From assembly GCA_016196885.1 (NCBI GenBank), contig JACPWU010000019.1, forward strand, positions 1-32,000: 32,000 nucleotides of DNA. Reading direction: 5' to 3'. The position numbers were made by a program, and so were the translations under genes. Positions 7,999 to 17,150 of the stretch are shown here, piece after piece. How positions within the stretch are numbered: the stretch's first letter is position 1; the number at the start of each line of letters is the position of its first letter. The notes under the pieces are model-generated. The model saw only the letters and a list, made by a program, of their open reading frames with translations. It was not told where the DNA came from and searched no databases. Source of the stretch: Chlamydiota bacterium. GTDB lineage: Bacteria > Auribacterota > JACPWU01.

Positions 7999-8397
7999 TT
8001 AACTCCTTCTAAGACTCCTCTCTGACCTATTATTCCCTCCCCCTTTGTGGGGAGGGTTAGGGAGGGGGATTTTCAGCTGTTCAACAATTCTTTCTAATGT
8101 TCCATTCCGATTTTTCAACACCTCGTGATTCCAAAATCTTAATATCTCAAATCCTTCTTTTCTAAGCCCCTCATCACGTTCCTTATCATCTTGATTTTGC
8201 GCATGCTGTCCTCCATCAACTTCAATAATTAGCTTTCTCTCAAAACAGGCAAAATCGACGATGTATCGGCCTATCACAGCTTGCCTTCGGAATTTAACAC
8301 CCAGTTGACAAGCTTGCAATGAATACCAAAGGTATTTTTCGGCCTCCGTAAGATGATGTCTCAGTTTTCTAGCTCTATCTCTTAACTCCTGGGTCAA
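7999..8397 (-). CDS. DUF559 (Vsr-like fold) endonuclease-domain protein
   Basis: 132 aa, TTG start. ARKLRHHLTEAEKYLWYSLQ...FRRQAVIGRYIVDFACFERKLIIEVDGGQH...LRFWNHEVL is the typical DUF559 pattern. The C-terminal tail PLPNPPHKGGGNNRS is translated from the flanking repeat. Confidence 0.85.
   Translation of the reverse strand: MTQELRDRARKLRHHLTEAEKYLWYSLQACQLGVKFRRQAVIGRYIVDFACFERKLIIEVDGGQHAQNQDDKERDEGLRKEGFEILRFWNHEVLKNRNGTLERIVEQLKIPLPNPPHKGGGNNRSERSLRRS
8033..8069. repeat. left inverted repeat of the DUF559 unit (C-tract/G-tract palindrome)
   Basis: TTCCCTCCCCCTTTGTGGGGAGGGTTAGGGAGGGGGA aligns with the rc of 8398-8436 with a few 1-nt indels. It has an internal hairpin CCCTCCCC/GGGGAGGG. 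Confidence 0.7.
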
Positions 8398-8436
8398 TCA
8401 CCCCTCCCCTGACCCCTCCCACAAGGGGAGGGGAAG
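8398..8436. repeat. right inverted repeat of the DUF559 unit
   Basis: rc reads CTTCCCCTCCCCTTGTGGGAGGGGTCAGGGGAGGGGTGA. It has an internal hairpin CCCCTCCC-ACAAG-GGGAGGGG and abuts the DUF559 start codon. Confidence 0.7.
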
Positions 8437-8493
8437 TGAGTTGCATGAGCCGCCAAAAGAAGATAGGAAATAGTTTTCCTAAATTTATCAAGT

Positions 8494-8862
8494 TTAAGAT
8501 CCGTTTGCCTCAAACGCGTTTTCAATATGTTCTATCTTGGGATGCTGATTTATCCATTGAATCGCAATGACATCAAATCGGAAATCCATTTTTGAAATCC
8601 CTTTTTCTTTGATAAAAGAAAGGGCCGCTTTCACAATTTGTTTTTGTTTTCTCGCATGTACGCGTTCCTGAGGAAGTCCGAAACCATCTTCGTGGCGATT
8701 GGTTTTAACCTCGACAAAAACAATCGTTCCTCGATGAAGAATAACCAAATCAATTTCTCCGACCGGACTTCGATAATTTTTTTCAAGAATGCGATAGCCT
8801 TTTTTTTTGAGATAATTTTCTGCGAGGGTTTCACCTTCTTTTCCGACCGTGAGATTTGTCAT
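8494..8862 (-). CDS. yraN: YraN-family (UPF0102) endonuclease-like protein
   Basis: 122 aa. GETLAENYLKKKGYRILEKNYRSPVGEIDLV...VFVEVKT is the UPF0102 signature. It overlaps the rnhB stop. Confidence 0.85.
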   Translation of the reverse strand: MTNLTVGKEGETLAENYLKKKGYRILEKNYRSPVGEIDLVILHRGTIVFVEVKTNRHEDGFGLPQERVHARKQKQIVKAALSFIKEKGISKMDFRFDVIAIQWINQHPKIEHIENAFEANGS

Positions 8863-9497
8863 AGAATTGAGAGTTGCCTAACGGGTTCAAAGCTTTTGCG
8901 ATGTATAAGACAAGGTCCTTTTTCCTTCAGTCTCTCTAAATGCATTTGAGTTCCATACCCTTTATGCTGCTTAAAGCCATAACCAGGGTAACGTTCCTCA
9001 TATTCCAGCATGAGGTGGTCTCGTGTTACCTTGGCCAAGATAGACGCCGCTCCAATGGAGTAACTCAAATCATCTCCCTTGGGAATTCCTCTTTGAGGAA
9101 GGGAAAGACCAGGAATATTAAATCCGTCGACCAAGACAAAATCGGGTTCTAGGGTCAGTTGAGATAGAGCCATTTTCATGGCCTGGAATGAGGCTTCACG
9201 GATATTGATTCGATCAATGGTGTTTTCGTCAACGAGGGCAATCCCTTTTAAAATGGAAGGGTCTTCCATGAGTAGATGGTAGAGTTTTTCGCGTTTAGAG
9301 AGAGAGAGTTTTTTGGAATCGCGGATGCCCTCAAAAGGATTAAAATTTTGGAAAATGACGGCCGCGGCTACGACAGGTCCAGCCAAGGGACCCCGGCCCG
9401 CTTCATCAACACCGGCAATGAGTCTATAGCCTTGTCGATGAAGGGATTTTTCAAATGAATCTCTGGAAGGTGTGGAAGAAGAGATCACAAACACCAT
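8859..9497 (-). CDS. rnhB: ribonuclease HII
   Basis: 212 aa with the VDEAGRGPLAGPVV catalytic motif and DSKKLS. Confidence 0.9.
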   Translation of the reverse strand: MVFVISSSTPSRDSFEKSLHRQGYRLIAGVDEAGRGPLAGPVVAAAVIFQNFNPFEGIRDSKKLSLSKREKLYHLLMEDPSILKGIALVDENTIDRINIREASFQAMKMALSQLTLEPDFVLVDGFNIPGLSLPQRGIPKGDDLSYSIGAASILAKVTRDHLMLEYEERYPGYGFKQHKGYGTQMHLERLKEKGPCLIHRKSFEPVRQLSIL

Positions 9498-9523
9498 TCC
9501 TTGTATCCGGCTAAAAAATTCAG

Positions 9524-9602
9524 CCGTAAACTGTAAGTGATAAGCGGTAAGTTTGAAAGGAATTTATTTTTTACTTACAACTTATAACTTACAGCTTATC
9601 GC
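9524..9602. repeat. heptad-arm hairpin H2 (rplS | rnhB spacer)
   Basis: Left arm CCGTAAA CTGTAAG TGATAAG CGGTAAG; right arm CTTACAA CTTATAA CTTACAG CTTATCG. About 22 bp pair with 3 mismatches and the loop is 20 nt, A/T-rich. Confidence 0.75.
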
Positions 9603-9611
9603 TATTTGTTA

Positions 9612-10031
9612 TTAAGCTTTTTCGCCTACTTCAACAGACTCTGTCGCCAAGGCCGCAGGTGTCTGAGAAGACTTGCCTAAAAGGGTTTTCTTCTCTTTGA
9701 CCTTTGCCTTTTTACCCACTTTATCTCTTAAATAATAGAGCTTGGCTTTGCGAACATTTCCGTGGCGAGTGACTTCCACTTTTTCGACTTTTGGGGAGAG
9801 AAGCGGAAAAGTTCTTTCAACTCCTTCACCAAAGGAAATTTTTCTCAAGGTAATGGTTCGGGAAACCCCACGTCCCTTTCGGGCGATTAAAGTTCCTTCA
9901 AAAGGCTGCACTCTTTCTTTTTCACCTTCAATGATTTTATAGTAAACCTTAAGATCATCCCCAATTCGAAAATCAGGTACATTCTTTCGAAGGTTTTCAG
10001 ATTCCAATTTTTCTAAATAGTTAATTTTCAT
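9612..10031 (-). CDS. rplS: 50S ribosomal protein L19
   Basis: Start moved to the ATG at 10031 (GGAGATAT RBS): MKINYLEKLESENLRKNVPDFRIGDDLKVYYKI.EG.KERVQ.FEG. The upstream 33 codons in the track overlap the trmD end. There is a C-terminal ~25-aa extension. Confidence 0.9.
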   Translation of the reverse strand: MKINYLEKLESENLRKNVPDFRIGDDLKVYYKIIEGEKERVQPFEGTLIARKGRGVSRTITLRKISFGEGVERTFPLLSPKVEKVEVTRHGNVRKAKLYYLRDKVGKKAKVKEKKTLLGKSSQTPAALATESVEVGEKA

Positions 10032-10047
10032 ATATCTCCTCAATATA

Positions 10048-10734
10048 TCAGGTATTTTTATAAGATAAAAGTAAATCTGGTCTTCTTTTTTTAGTCTTTT
10101 CAAGGGACTGCTGGTGTCTCCATTTCTCAATTTTTTGATGGTCTCCCGTGAGCAAGATCTCGGGAACGCCCTCTTCTCTAAAAACGCGGGGCCGGGTGTA
10201 TTGAGGGTATTCTAGCAAGCCATTAGAGAAGGAGTCCTTCAGTGCCGAGTCAGGATTTCCAAGGACATCCGGGACAAGTCGGACCACAGCATCTACCACC
10301 ACAGCTGCGGCAAGGGCTCCATTGGTGAGCACATAATCTCCAATCGAAATTTCTTCATCGGCCAGATGAGAAATGCGTTCGTCTATTCCCTCGTAATGTC
10401 CACAAATGAAAATCAAATGTGTTTTTTGAGCTAAGTGACGTGCCTTTTTCTGGACAAATTTTTCCCCTTGAGGGCTCATGAGAATCACATGGGCCTCGGG
10501 AGTCTCAACTTTTTCCAGGGCTCTGAAAACAGGTTCAGGTTTCATCACCATTCCAGAACCTCCCCCAAAAGGTTTGTCATCACAGGTTTTGTGTTTATCC
10601 TTCGCAAAATCTCTCGGACTCACCAGGCGGATTTCTACCTTGCCCTTTTCTTGAGCCTTTTTCAAAATGCTCTCACAAAGAAAACCCGTGAGCATTTCGG
10701 GAAACAAAGTAATAATGTCTATCTTTAAAGCCAT
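10048..10734 (-). CDS. trmD: tRNA (guanine37-N1)-methyltransferase
   Basis: MALKIDIITLFPEM... and GGGSGMVMKPEP, CGHYEGIDERI are TrmD motifs. The ATG at 10734 is preferred over the TTG at 10761, which overlaps rpsP. Confidence 0.9.
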   Translation of the reverse strand: MALKIDIITLFPEMLTGFLCESILKKAQEKGKVEIRLVSPRDFAKDKHKTCDDKPFGGGSGMVMKPEPVFRALEKVETPEAHVILMSPQGEKFVQKKARHLAQKTHLIFICGHYEGIDERISHLADEEISIGDYVLTNGALAAAVVVDAVVRLVPDVLGNPDSALKDSFSNGLLEYPQYTRPRVFREEGVPEILLTGDHQKIEKWRHQQSLEKTKKRRPDLLLSYKNT

Positions 10735-10753
10735 GATTTTGTCTGCCTTAAAA

Positions 10754-10999
10754 TTAGGCAATCCCCGCTCTCTTCAAAAGAGTTTTCACGGTGTCAGAAG
10801 GTTGAGCCCCTTGCTTTAACCAATGCAGCACTCGATCCTTCTCTACGGTGTAATTTTCAGTTGAAGTTTTTTTAGGTTCATACGTCCCTAAATTTTCTAA
10901 AAATTTTCCGTCTCTGGGACTTCTGGAATCCGTTGCAACAATTCTGAAGAAAGGTTTTTTTAGAGTTCCCATTCTTCTTAAGCGAATTTTAACAGACAT
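10754..10999 (-). CDS. rpsP: 30S ribosomal protein S16
   Basis: 81 aa, MSVKIRLRRMGTLKKPFFRIVATDSRSPRDGKF.E.LGTY.P. Confidence 0.95.
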   Translation of the reverse strand: MSVKIRLRRMGTLKKPFFRIVATDSRSPRDGKFLENLGTYEPKKTSTENYTVEKDRVLHWLKQGAQPSDTVKTLLKRAGIA

Positions 11000-11018
11000 G
11001 TTTTTCTCCTCTTTTTTT

Positions 11019-11088
11019 ACAGCGTTCAGCGTTTAGCGTTCAGCGTTCAGAAAAACTGAACGCTGAGTTCTGACTGCTGAACGCTAAA
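11019..11088. repeat. heptad-arm hairpin H3 (murA | rpsP spacer)
   Basis: Left arm CAGCGTT CAGCGTT TAGCGTT CAGCGTT CAG; loop AAAAA; right arm CTGAACG CTGAGTT CTGACTG CTGAACG CTAAA. It forms 11-bp and 10-bp helices and ends 1 nt from the murA stop. Confidence 0.8.
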
Positions 11089-11089
11089 T

Positions 11090-12391
11090 TTACAGCTCTT
11101 CTCCTACAGTCACTTTCTCTTCCTGCGTCTCAGGAACTCTCTCAATATCGGCGCCTAATTTCCTTAATTTTTCCTCGATTCTCTCATATCCTCGGTCCAA
11201 ATGATAGACCCGGTGAACTTGAGTTTCTCCTTCTGCCACCAGGCCTGCCAAGATTAAAGCTGCGCTGGCCCTGAGGTCTGAGGCCATGACTTGAGCCCCG
11301 CTCAATTTTTTGCGTCCAACAATCACAGCACTGGAACCCTCTAAAGAAATTTTTGCGCCCAAACGATTCAATTCGCTGATGTGCATGAATCTTTCGGGAT
11401 AAATTTTTTCTGTGATGACGCTAATGCCATCGGTGATCGACATCAAGGCCATCATTTGAGCCTGCATATCGGTTGGGAACCCAGGGTAGGGGAGTGTGAT
11501 AACGTCTACCACTTTCAAGGGATCTTCTTGCCGCAGAGTGATGGTGTCTTGCCTAGATTCTATATAGGCTCCAGCCTCGCGCAATTTATCAATCACTGCA
11601 AAAAGATGTCGGTAATGAACATTCTGAATTTCGACTCGGCCTCCTGTCATGGCTCCTGCAATCAAATAAGTTCCAGCCTCGATACGATCAGGGATCACGG
11701 TGTGTTCAGCCCCTTTGAGAGAAGTCTGTCCCTCGATCCGAATGACATGCGTTCCTTCTCCTTCAATTTGGGCACCCATCTTTTTGAGGAATTGGGCCAA
11801 ATCTACGATTTCAGGTTCGCAGGCTGCACTTTCAAGGGTGGTCACTCCAGGCGTGAGGCAAGCGGCCATCATGACATTGGCGGTAGCCAAGACACTAGAA
11901 CCGAAGCGACCACCCAAAAACACATCGCTGCCTCTCATTGAAGTCCCATCTGCGACCACATAACCGTGCTCTACCTGAATCTTTGCGTTGAGTGCGCTGA
12001 GCCCCTTGATGTGAAGATCAATGGGGCGAGGTCCGATGACACAACCTCCGGGCATACTTACCACTGCTCTCTTAAATTTTCCAAGCAGGGGACCGAGCAA
12101 ACTGACGGAGGCCCTCATTCTACGAACCAAATTGTAAGGGGCCTTGAACTGATGAAGTCCGTTGGGGTCTACCCTCACGGAGTTTGGTTCCATCTTTTCA
12201 CATTGAACACCTAAAAATCCAAGCACTTCCATCATGGTTTGGATGTCTTTTAGGGCTGGAACATTGTGAAGTATCGAAGGACTGTCCGCCATCATGGCAG
12301 CTGCTAAAATCGGCAAGGCCGAATTTTTCGCGCCGCTGATGCGAACACTCCCCGACAATTTTTGTCCACCGCGAATGACTATTTTATCCAT
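11090..12391 (-). CDS. murA: UDP-N-acetylglucosamine 1-carboxyvinyltransferase
   Basis: MDKIVIRGGQKLSGSVRISGAKNSALPIL, with the active-site loop PGGCVIGPRPIDLH. The ATG at 12391 is preferred over the TTG at 12421. Confidence 0.93.
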   Translation of the reverse strand: MDKIVIRGGQKLSGSVRISGAKNSALPILAAAMMADSPSILHNVPALKDIQTMMEVLGFLGVQCEKMEPNSVRVDPNGLHQFKAPYNLVRRMRASVSLLGPLLGKFKRAVVSMPGGCVIGPRPIDLHIKGLSALNAKIQVEHGYVVADGTSMRGSDVFLGGRFGSSVLATANVMMAACLTPGVTTLESAACEPEIVDLAQFLKKMGAQIEGEGTHVIRIEGQTSLKGAEHTVIPDRIEAGTYLIAGAMTGGRVEIQNVHYRHLFAVIDKLREAGAYIESRQDTITLRQEDPLKVVDVITLPYPGFPTDMQAQMMALMSITDGISVITEKIYPERFMHISELNRLGAKISLEGSSAVIVGRKKLSGAQVMASDLRASAALILAGLVAEGETQVHRVYHLDRGYERIEEKLRKLGADIERVPETQEEKVTVGEEL

Positions 12392-12585
12392 AAAAGACCT
12401 ACAATGAATTAACTCCCCCAACCCCTCTTATGGCTTTCGCCTCTCGGCTTCAACCACTTCCTCGTCCACCCGCTGCGGCGGGTACCCGGACTCAGTCGAA
12501 TAAGAGGGGAGTAAATACTTTCCCTTAATAATAAATAAAGGGGTAGTTTTTCCCTCCCCTTTATTTCAAAGGGGAGTTGGAGGGG

Positions 12586-13452
12586 TTACCAGATAGCCTC
12601 TACCACTCTATCTTTTCCCGCCAAATCTTTCGAAAAATTAATGTTGCGAAACCCTTTTTCGCTCAGCTTTTTTAAAAGGGCTGAGGTTTGATGCTCCCCT
12701 CCAAACTCCATGAGTAAAACCCCGTTTGATTTTAAAAAAAGAGGGGTGCGTTCAATGATTTGATTCAAAATTTTTAAGCCTTTTTCGCCTCCTAAGAGAG
12801 CGGTTCTTGGCTCTAGAAGAACCTCTGCCTGTAAATTTTCCCATTCCTCCTCTGGAATATAAGGAGGATTGGCAATGACCATGTCAAAGGGCTCTGAGGG
12901 TATAAACTTTTCAAAGTTGCAAGTCTCAAGTTTAATTTGAGATTGAACACCGTGAATACGGGTATTTTCTTCAGCCACTTTCAGTGCATTTTCAGAAATA
13001 TCGATTGCCAAAATATCGGCTTGAGGTATATTTTTCGCAAGGGCAATGGCGATATTTCCAGAGCCTGTTCCAATATCTAAAATGCGACTTCTTCCAGGAT
13101 TTTTTTGAAACCAGTAAAGTGCCTTTTCCACAAGCATTTCCGTTTCAAATCTCGGAATCAGGCAATAACGGTTGACGAGCATTTTAAGGCCAAAAAATTC
13201 GGTGTGTCCCAAAAGATATTGAAGGGGTGAACCCGTGGTTCTTTGATGAACAAGGGCCAAAGCCTGTTCTGCGCTGCTTTCAGAAACGGGCTGTTGACGG
13301 TTAAGATAAATTTCAGAGCGATTTTTCAAACCCAAAATTTCTTGTAAAATCAGTTCGGCATTTTGAGTGGCTTCTTCGATCCTCGCTTTCTTGAGAATCT
13401 CGATCATGTCTTGAAGCAAATCGTGTATAAAAAGTGTTTCGAGTGTCATCAT
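12586..13452 (-). CDS. prmC: peptide chain release factor N5-glutamine methyltransferase
   Basis: 288 aa with SAM motif ILDIGTGSGNIA and NPPY motif IANPPYIP, directly downstream of prfA. Confidence 0.88.
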   Translation of the reverse strand: MMTLETLFIHDLLQDMIEILKKARIEEATQNAELILQEILGLKNRSEIYLNRQQPVSESSAEQALALVHQRTTGSPLQYLLGHTEFFGLKMLVNRYCLIPRFETEMLVEKALYWFQKNPGRSRILDIGTGSGNIAIALAKNIPQADILAIDISENALKVAEENTRIHGVQSQIKLETCNFEKFIPSEPFDMVIANPPYIPEEEWENLQAEVLLEPRTALLGGEKGLKILNQIIERTPLFLKSNGVLLMEFGGEHQTSALLKKLSEKGFRNINFSKDLAGKDRVVEAIW

Positions 13453-13455
13453 GGC

Positions 13456-14520
13456 TTAAGCCGTTTTTAATTGTGTTTGGACGTAATCATTTAAGAGACC
13501 TTGTACCAAGGGTTCGAGATTTCCCTCCATCACTTCTTGGAGATTGTAAAGCGAAAGTCCAATGCGATGATCGGTAACGCGGTTTTGAGGAAAATTATAA
13601 GTCCTGATTTTTTCACTTCTTTCACCTGTCCCAATTTGGGATTTTCTTTCTTGAGAAAGTTTGTTTCGCTCTTCCTCATCTTGTTTTTCCTTGAGCCGGG
13701 CCCTCAAGACGCGAAGAGCCTTGGCCTTGTTTTTAAGCTGAGACTTTTCGTCCTGGCAAGAAACGGTGATGCCTGTCGGGATGTGAAAGACACGCACAGC
13801 TGAGTCTGTCGTGTTCACACTTTGTCCCCCAGGTCCTGAAGAACGAAAAACATCAATGCGCAGTTCCTCGGGTTTAATTTGTACTTCCACTTCTTCTGCT
13901 TCTGGGAGGACCGCAACCGTAACAGTGGAGGTGTGAATTCTTCCCCCCGCTTCTGTGACGGGAATTCTTTGCACGCGGTGAACGCCACTTTCAAAACGCA
14001 AGTTTCGATAGGCATCAGGTCCTTCGACAGAAAAAATAATTTCTTTGAAACCCTTCAGTCCAGTTGGATTGCTCGACAAAACATCTATTTTCCAGAGGTT
14101 GGTTTCCGCATAGCGGTGATAGAGGCGAAAAAGATCAGAGGCAAAAAGCGAAGCCTCATCTCCTCCAGCGCCCGCTCGGATTTCAACAATGACGTTGCGG
14201 CCTTCATTTTTATCATGGGGTAAAAGATCCGAACGAATTTTGATTTCAAGTGCATCTTTTTTTTTCTGAAGTTGTTCGAGTTCTTCTTTCAGGAGGGGGA
14301 GAAGGTCCGCATCTTTTGAGTTGTTGAGGAGCTCAGAGGTTTCTTCTATTTCGCGGAGTACTTTTTGATAGTGTCCAAATTTTTCAACGGTAATTTTGAG
14401 CGAGGCATATTCCCTGGCCAATTCCTGATAACGTGTGCGATCCCCTAAAATTTTGGGATCCATCAGGAAATTTTCCAATTCCTTTAGGCGTGAAGAAAGC
14501 TCTTCGTATTTCTCTAACAT
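13456..14520 (-). CDS. prfA: peptide chain release factor 1
   Basis: 354 aa with the GGQ motif SGPGGQSVNTTDSAVR and the RF1-type PVT tripeptide (RIPVTE). Confidence 0.95.
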   Translation of the reverse strand: MLEKYEELSSRLKELENFLMDPKILGDRTRYQELAREYASLKITVEKFGHYQKVLREIEETSELLNNSKDADLLPLLKEELEQLQKKKDALEIKIRSDLLPHDKNEGRNVIVEIRAGAGGDEASLFASDLFRLYHRYAETNLWKIDVLSSNPTGLKGFKEIIFSVEGPDAYRNLRFESGVHRVQRIPVTEAGGRIHTSTVTVAVLPEAEEVEVQIKPEELRIDVFRSSGPGGQSVNTTDSAVRVFHIPTGITVSCQDEKSQLKNKAKALRVLRARLKEKQDEEERNKLSQERKSQIGTGERSEKIRTYNFPQNRVTDHRIGLSLYNLQEVMEGNLEPLVQGLLNDYVQTQLKTA

Positions 14521-14596
14521 CTCGGTTCTCTATTCTGCAAAGCCATTTTCGATTCCATAGGTCATTCATTTGACATTTGAAATTGGACATTTGTCA

Positions 14597-14797
14597 TTAG
14601 CTTTTTTTGTATCTTTTCTGAAATCTCTCAACACGACCGGCCGTGTCTATGAATTTCTGTTTTCCCGTAAAGAAGGGATGACATTTCGAACAAATTCCGA
14701 CTCTTAGATTTTCCTGGGTAGATTTGGTGTGAATTACCTCTCCACAGGCACAGGTGATGGTTGTTTCAATGTAAGTTGGGTGAATTCCTTCCTTCAT
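14597..14797 (-). CDS. rpmE: 50S ribosomal protein L31
   Basis: 66 aa, MKEGIHPTY...C.CG...........C..CHPF(F)TGKQK, with all four Zn-binding Cys present. Confidence 0.95.
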   Translation of the reverse strand: MKEGIHPTYIETTITCACGEVIHTKSTQENLRVGICSKCHPFFTGKQKFIDTAGRVERFQKRYKKS

Positions 14798-14911
14798 AAT
14801 ATCCTCTCTAAGAAAAAGTTACAAAAAATATGATTTCCTGAAAAACGACACAGGGTAGCATAAAGTCTTTTTTTACGCAAGAGCTGACTTTTTAGGGTCC
14901 AAGATTGTAAT

Positions 14912-14984
14912 AGTCGTGAGTCGTCTGTCGTGAGTTTTAAAGGTATTATTTTTTCTCACGACTCACCCCTCACAACTCACGACT
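14912..14984. repeat. heptad-arm hairpin H4 (rho | rpmE spacer)
   Basis: Left arm GTCGTGA GTCGTCT GTCGTGA G; right arm CTCACGA CTCACCC CTCACAA CTCACGA CT. It forms 8-bp and 10-bp helices around an asymmetric internal loop. The loop is 20 nt, A/T-rich. Confidence 0.8.
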
Positions 14985-14990
14985 GTTCTC

Positions 14991-16349
14991 TTACTGTTGA
15001 TGTAACGTCAGCAAGAACTCCGCATTCGATTTCGTCTTCTTCAATTTCTCGATCAAGAGCTCCATGGCTTCCACCGGCGTCATGGTGTTGAGGGCCCGGC
15101 GCAGAATCCAAATCCTCTGGAGTTCTTCCGGATGGAATAAGAGTTCTTCCTTGCGCGTTCCAGACTTTTCGATGTCCATGGCTGGAAAAATTCTCTTGTC
15201 CACGAGCCGCCGGTCCAGATTGATTTCCATATTGCCGGTGCCTTTAAATTCTTCAAAGATGACCTCATCCATGCGGCTTCCCGTGTCCACGAGTGCGGTG
15301 GCGAGAATCGTCAGGCTTCCGCCCTCCTCGATGTTTCGGGCAGCGGCAAAAAACCGACGGGGCTTATGAAGTGCATTGGCATCAATACCTCCGGAGAGAA
15401 TTTTCCCGCTGTGAGGTTCTAGCGTGTTGTAGGCCCTTGCGAGTCTCGTGATGCTGTCCAAGAGAATCACCACATGTATCCCGTGTTCTACCAAACGCCT
15501 TGCCTTTTCAATCACAATTTCAGCGACTTGCACATGCCTTTCCGGCGGCTCATCAAAGGTAGAACTGACCACTTCTCCTCGCACCGTCCGTTTCATGTCG
15601 GTGACTTCCTCTGGGCGCTCGTCAATCAAGAGTACAATCAGTTTGGTCTCAGGAGAATTCGTCGCGATGCTTTTGGCGATTTTCTGTAAGAGAATGGTTT
15701 TCCCGGTTCTGGGAGGAGCTACAATCAAGCCTCTTTGCCCACGGCCGATGGGGGTCAAAAGATCCATCACGCGCATGGACATGTCCTCGGCGTTTGTTTC
15801 CAAAATGAAACGCGACTGAGGATAGAGCGGCGTTAGATTGTCGAAGAGAATTTTGTCTCGAGCTTTAGAAGGACTCTCAAAATTAATGGCCTCCACTTTC
15901 AAAAGGGCAAAATATCTTTCTTTGTCCTTGGGGGGACGGATTTGTCCTGAAACGGTGTCTCCGGTTTTGAGATCAAACTTTTTAATCTGAGAGGGAGAGA
16001 CGTAAATGTCTTCTGGACAGGGCAAATAATTGTAATTGGGGGATCTCAAAAAGCCAAAGCCGTCGGGCAATACCTCCAAAACTCCTTCGCCAAACATGAG
16101 GCCGCTCTTCAAGGCCTTCGCTTTTAAAATCTCAAAAATCAATTCATGCTTTTTGAGATTGCCAAGGCCTGTGATGTCAAGTCCCTTCGCAATTCGGTTG
16201 AGATCCGTGACTGTCATTTCCTGAAGTTTGGCGATGTCGGTCGCCTCAGCGCTCTCTCGAGACGGATCTGTCCGTGAGATGGTATCTTCGTCTAGGGTTT
16301 CATTTTCGTGATTTGTGTGCCCTGGATGGGGTCTGGTAACTCTAACCAT
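14991..16349 (-). CDS. rho: transcription termination factor Rho
   Basis: 452 aa with a Rho_N helix ([16 protein letters not shown]), a cold-shock-like RNA-binding domain (GFGFLR), Walker A PPRTGKT, and an acidic ~35-aa N-terminal extension. An AGGAGA RBS is present. Confidence 0.95.
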   Translation of the reverse strand: MVRVTRPHPGHTNHENETLDEDTISRTDPSRESAEATDIAKLQEMTVTDLNRIAKGLDITGLGNLKKHELIFEILKAKALKSGLMFGEGVLEVLPDGFGFLRSPNYNYLPCPEDIYVSPSQIKKFDLKTGDTVSGQIRPPKDKERYFALLKVEAINFESPSKARDKILFDNLTPLYPQSRFILETNAEDMSMRVMDLLTPIGRGQRGLIVAPPRTGKTILLQKIAKSIATNSPETKLIVLLIDERPEEVTDMKRTVRGEVVSSTFDEPPERHVQVAEIVIEKARRLVEHGIHVVILLDSITRLARAYNTLEPHSGKILSGGIDANALHKPRRFFAAARNIEEGGSLTILATALVDTGSRMDEVIFEEFKGTGNMEINLDRRLVDKRIFPAMDIEKSGTRKEELLFHPEELQRIWILRRALNTMTPVEAMELLIEKLKKTKSNAEFLLTLHQQ

Positions 16350-16944
16350 GTGTTGATTCTCCTTTTATATGTTTGAAAATTTTTTCAACTTCCTTTTTTA
16401 AATCCTGTTTAGATCCTTTGTTATCAATTGCAAAATCAGCTTTTTCTTTTTGGAATTTTGCCTTGAGCTGAAAATGCATTCGCTTGCGAATTCCATCAAA
16501 CTCCACTTTTAAATGTCGAGCGGCTCTTTGGATTCTTAAATTTTTGGGAGCCAGAACAACGATTGTCTTTTCGAAATGGTGTGCCCAATGTTTCTCAAAA
16601 AGCAAAGGAACTATGACAACACACAACTTGTTTTGATTTTGAATCTTTGCAGAAAGAGTTTTGACTTTCTGAAAAATGCGTGGGTGCAAAATATTTTCCA
16701 AATTCACAAGCTTCTTTTTATTGCTAAACACCACCTCTGCCAATCTTTTGCGATGGATGTGACCCGCTCGATTCAAAATAAGAGGACCCAAGGCTTTTAC
16801 AACCTCTTCCTCAGTGTCTTTTTCCTTTAGACACTCTTTCGCCAGCTTGTCGGTATCAATGACCTTGGCTCCCAGAGCCCTAAAATACTGACCCACCGTG
16901 CTTTTCCCAGCGCCAATTCCACCTGTAAGACCGATCATCAGCAT
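16342..16944 (-). CDS. coaE: dephospho-CoA kinase
   Basis: 200 aa with P-loop [12 protein letters not shown]. It overlaps the rho start by 8 nt. Confidence 0.9.
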   Translation of the reverse strand: MLMIGLTGGIGAGKSTVGQYFRALGAKVIDTDKLAKECLKEKDTEEEVVKALGPLILNRAGHIHRKRLAEVVFSNKKKLVNLENILHPRIFQKVKTLSAKIQNQNKLCVVIVPLLFEKHWAHHFEKTIVVLAPKNLRIQRAARHLKVEFDGIRKRMHFQLKAKFQKEKADFAIDNKGSKQDLKKEVEKIFKHIKGESTHG

Positions 16945-16955
16945 TTTAAATCCTC

Positions 16956-17012
16956 TAACCCCTCCATCTCCCCTTTCCCACAGGGACTATAAGGGCTTGA
17001 AATAAGGGGAGA
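16956..17012. repeat. solo copy resembling the DUF559-unit inverted repeat, plus a 9-bp stem
   Basis: TAACCCCTCCATCTCCCCTTTCCCACAGGGA aligns by eye with 8398-8428 (TCACCCCTCCCCTGACCCCTCCCACAAGGGGA). TCTCCCCTT (16967-16975) pairs with AAGGGGAGA (17004-17012). It also carries the third copy of TCCCACAGGGACTATAA, seen at 3475. Confidence 0.55.
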
Positions 17013-17150
17013 GTAAAAAGCGCCCCTTGCACAGGGCAGGAGAGTTCCCCTCTTATTTTTTAAGGGTAGAAACGTAAAAAAACATCTACTACCGCGGTCG
17101 GTTTTGCATTGCCACTGGCAATGCAACCTCCCTTGCTGGGGTTGGGGGAG

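Noticed and set aside
16938-17126. 62-aa track ORF in the coaE-upstream spacer
   Set aside because: It lies entirely in repeat and palindrome sequence, has a low-complexity translation and no RBS. I treat it as an artefact of the repeats.
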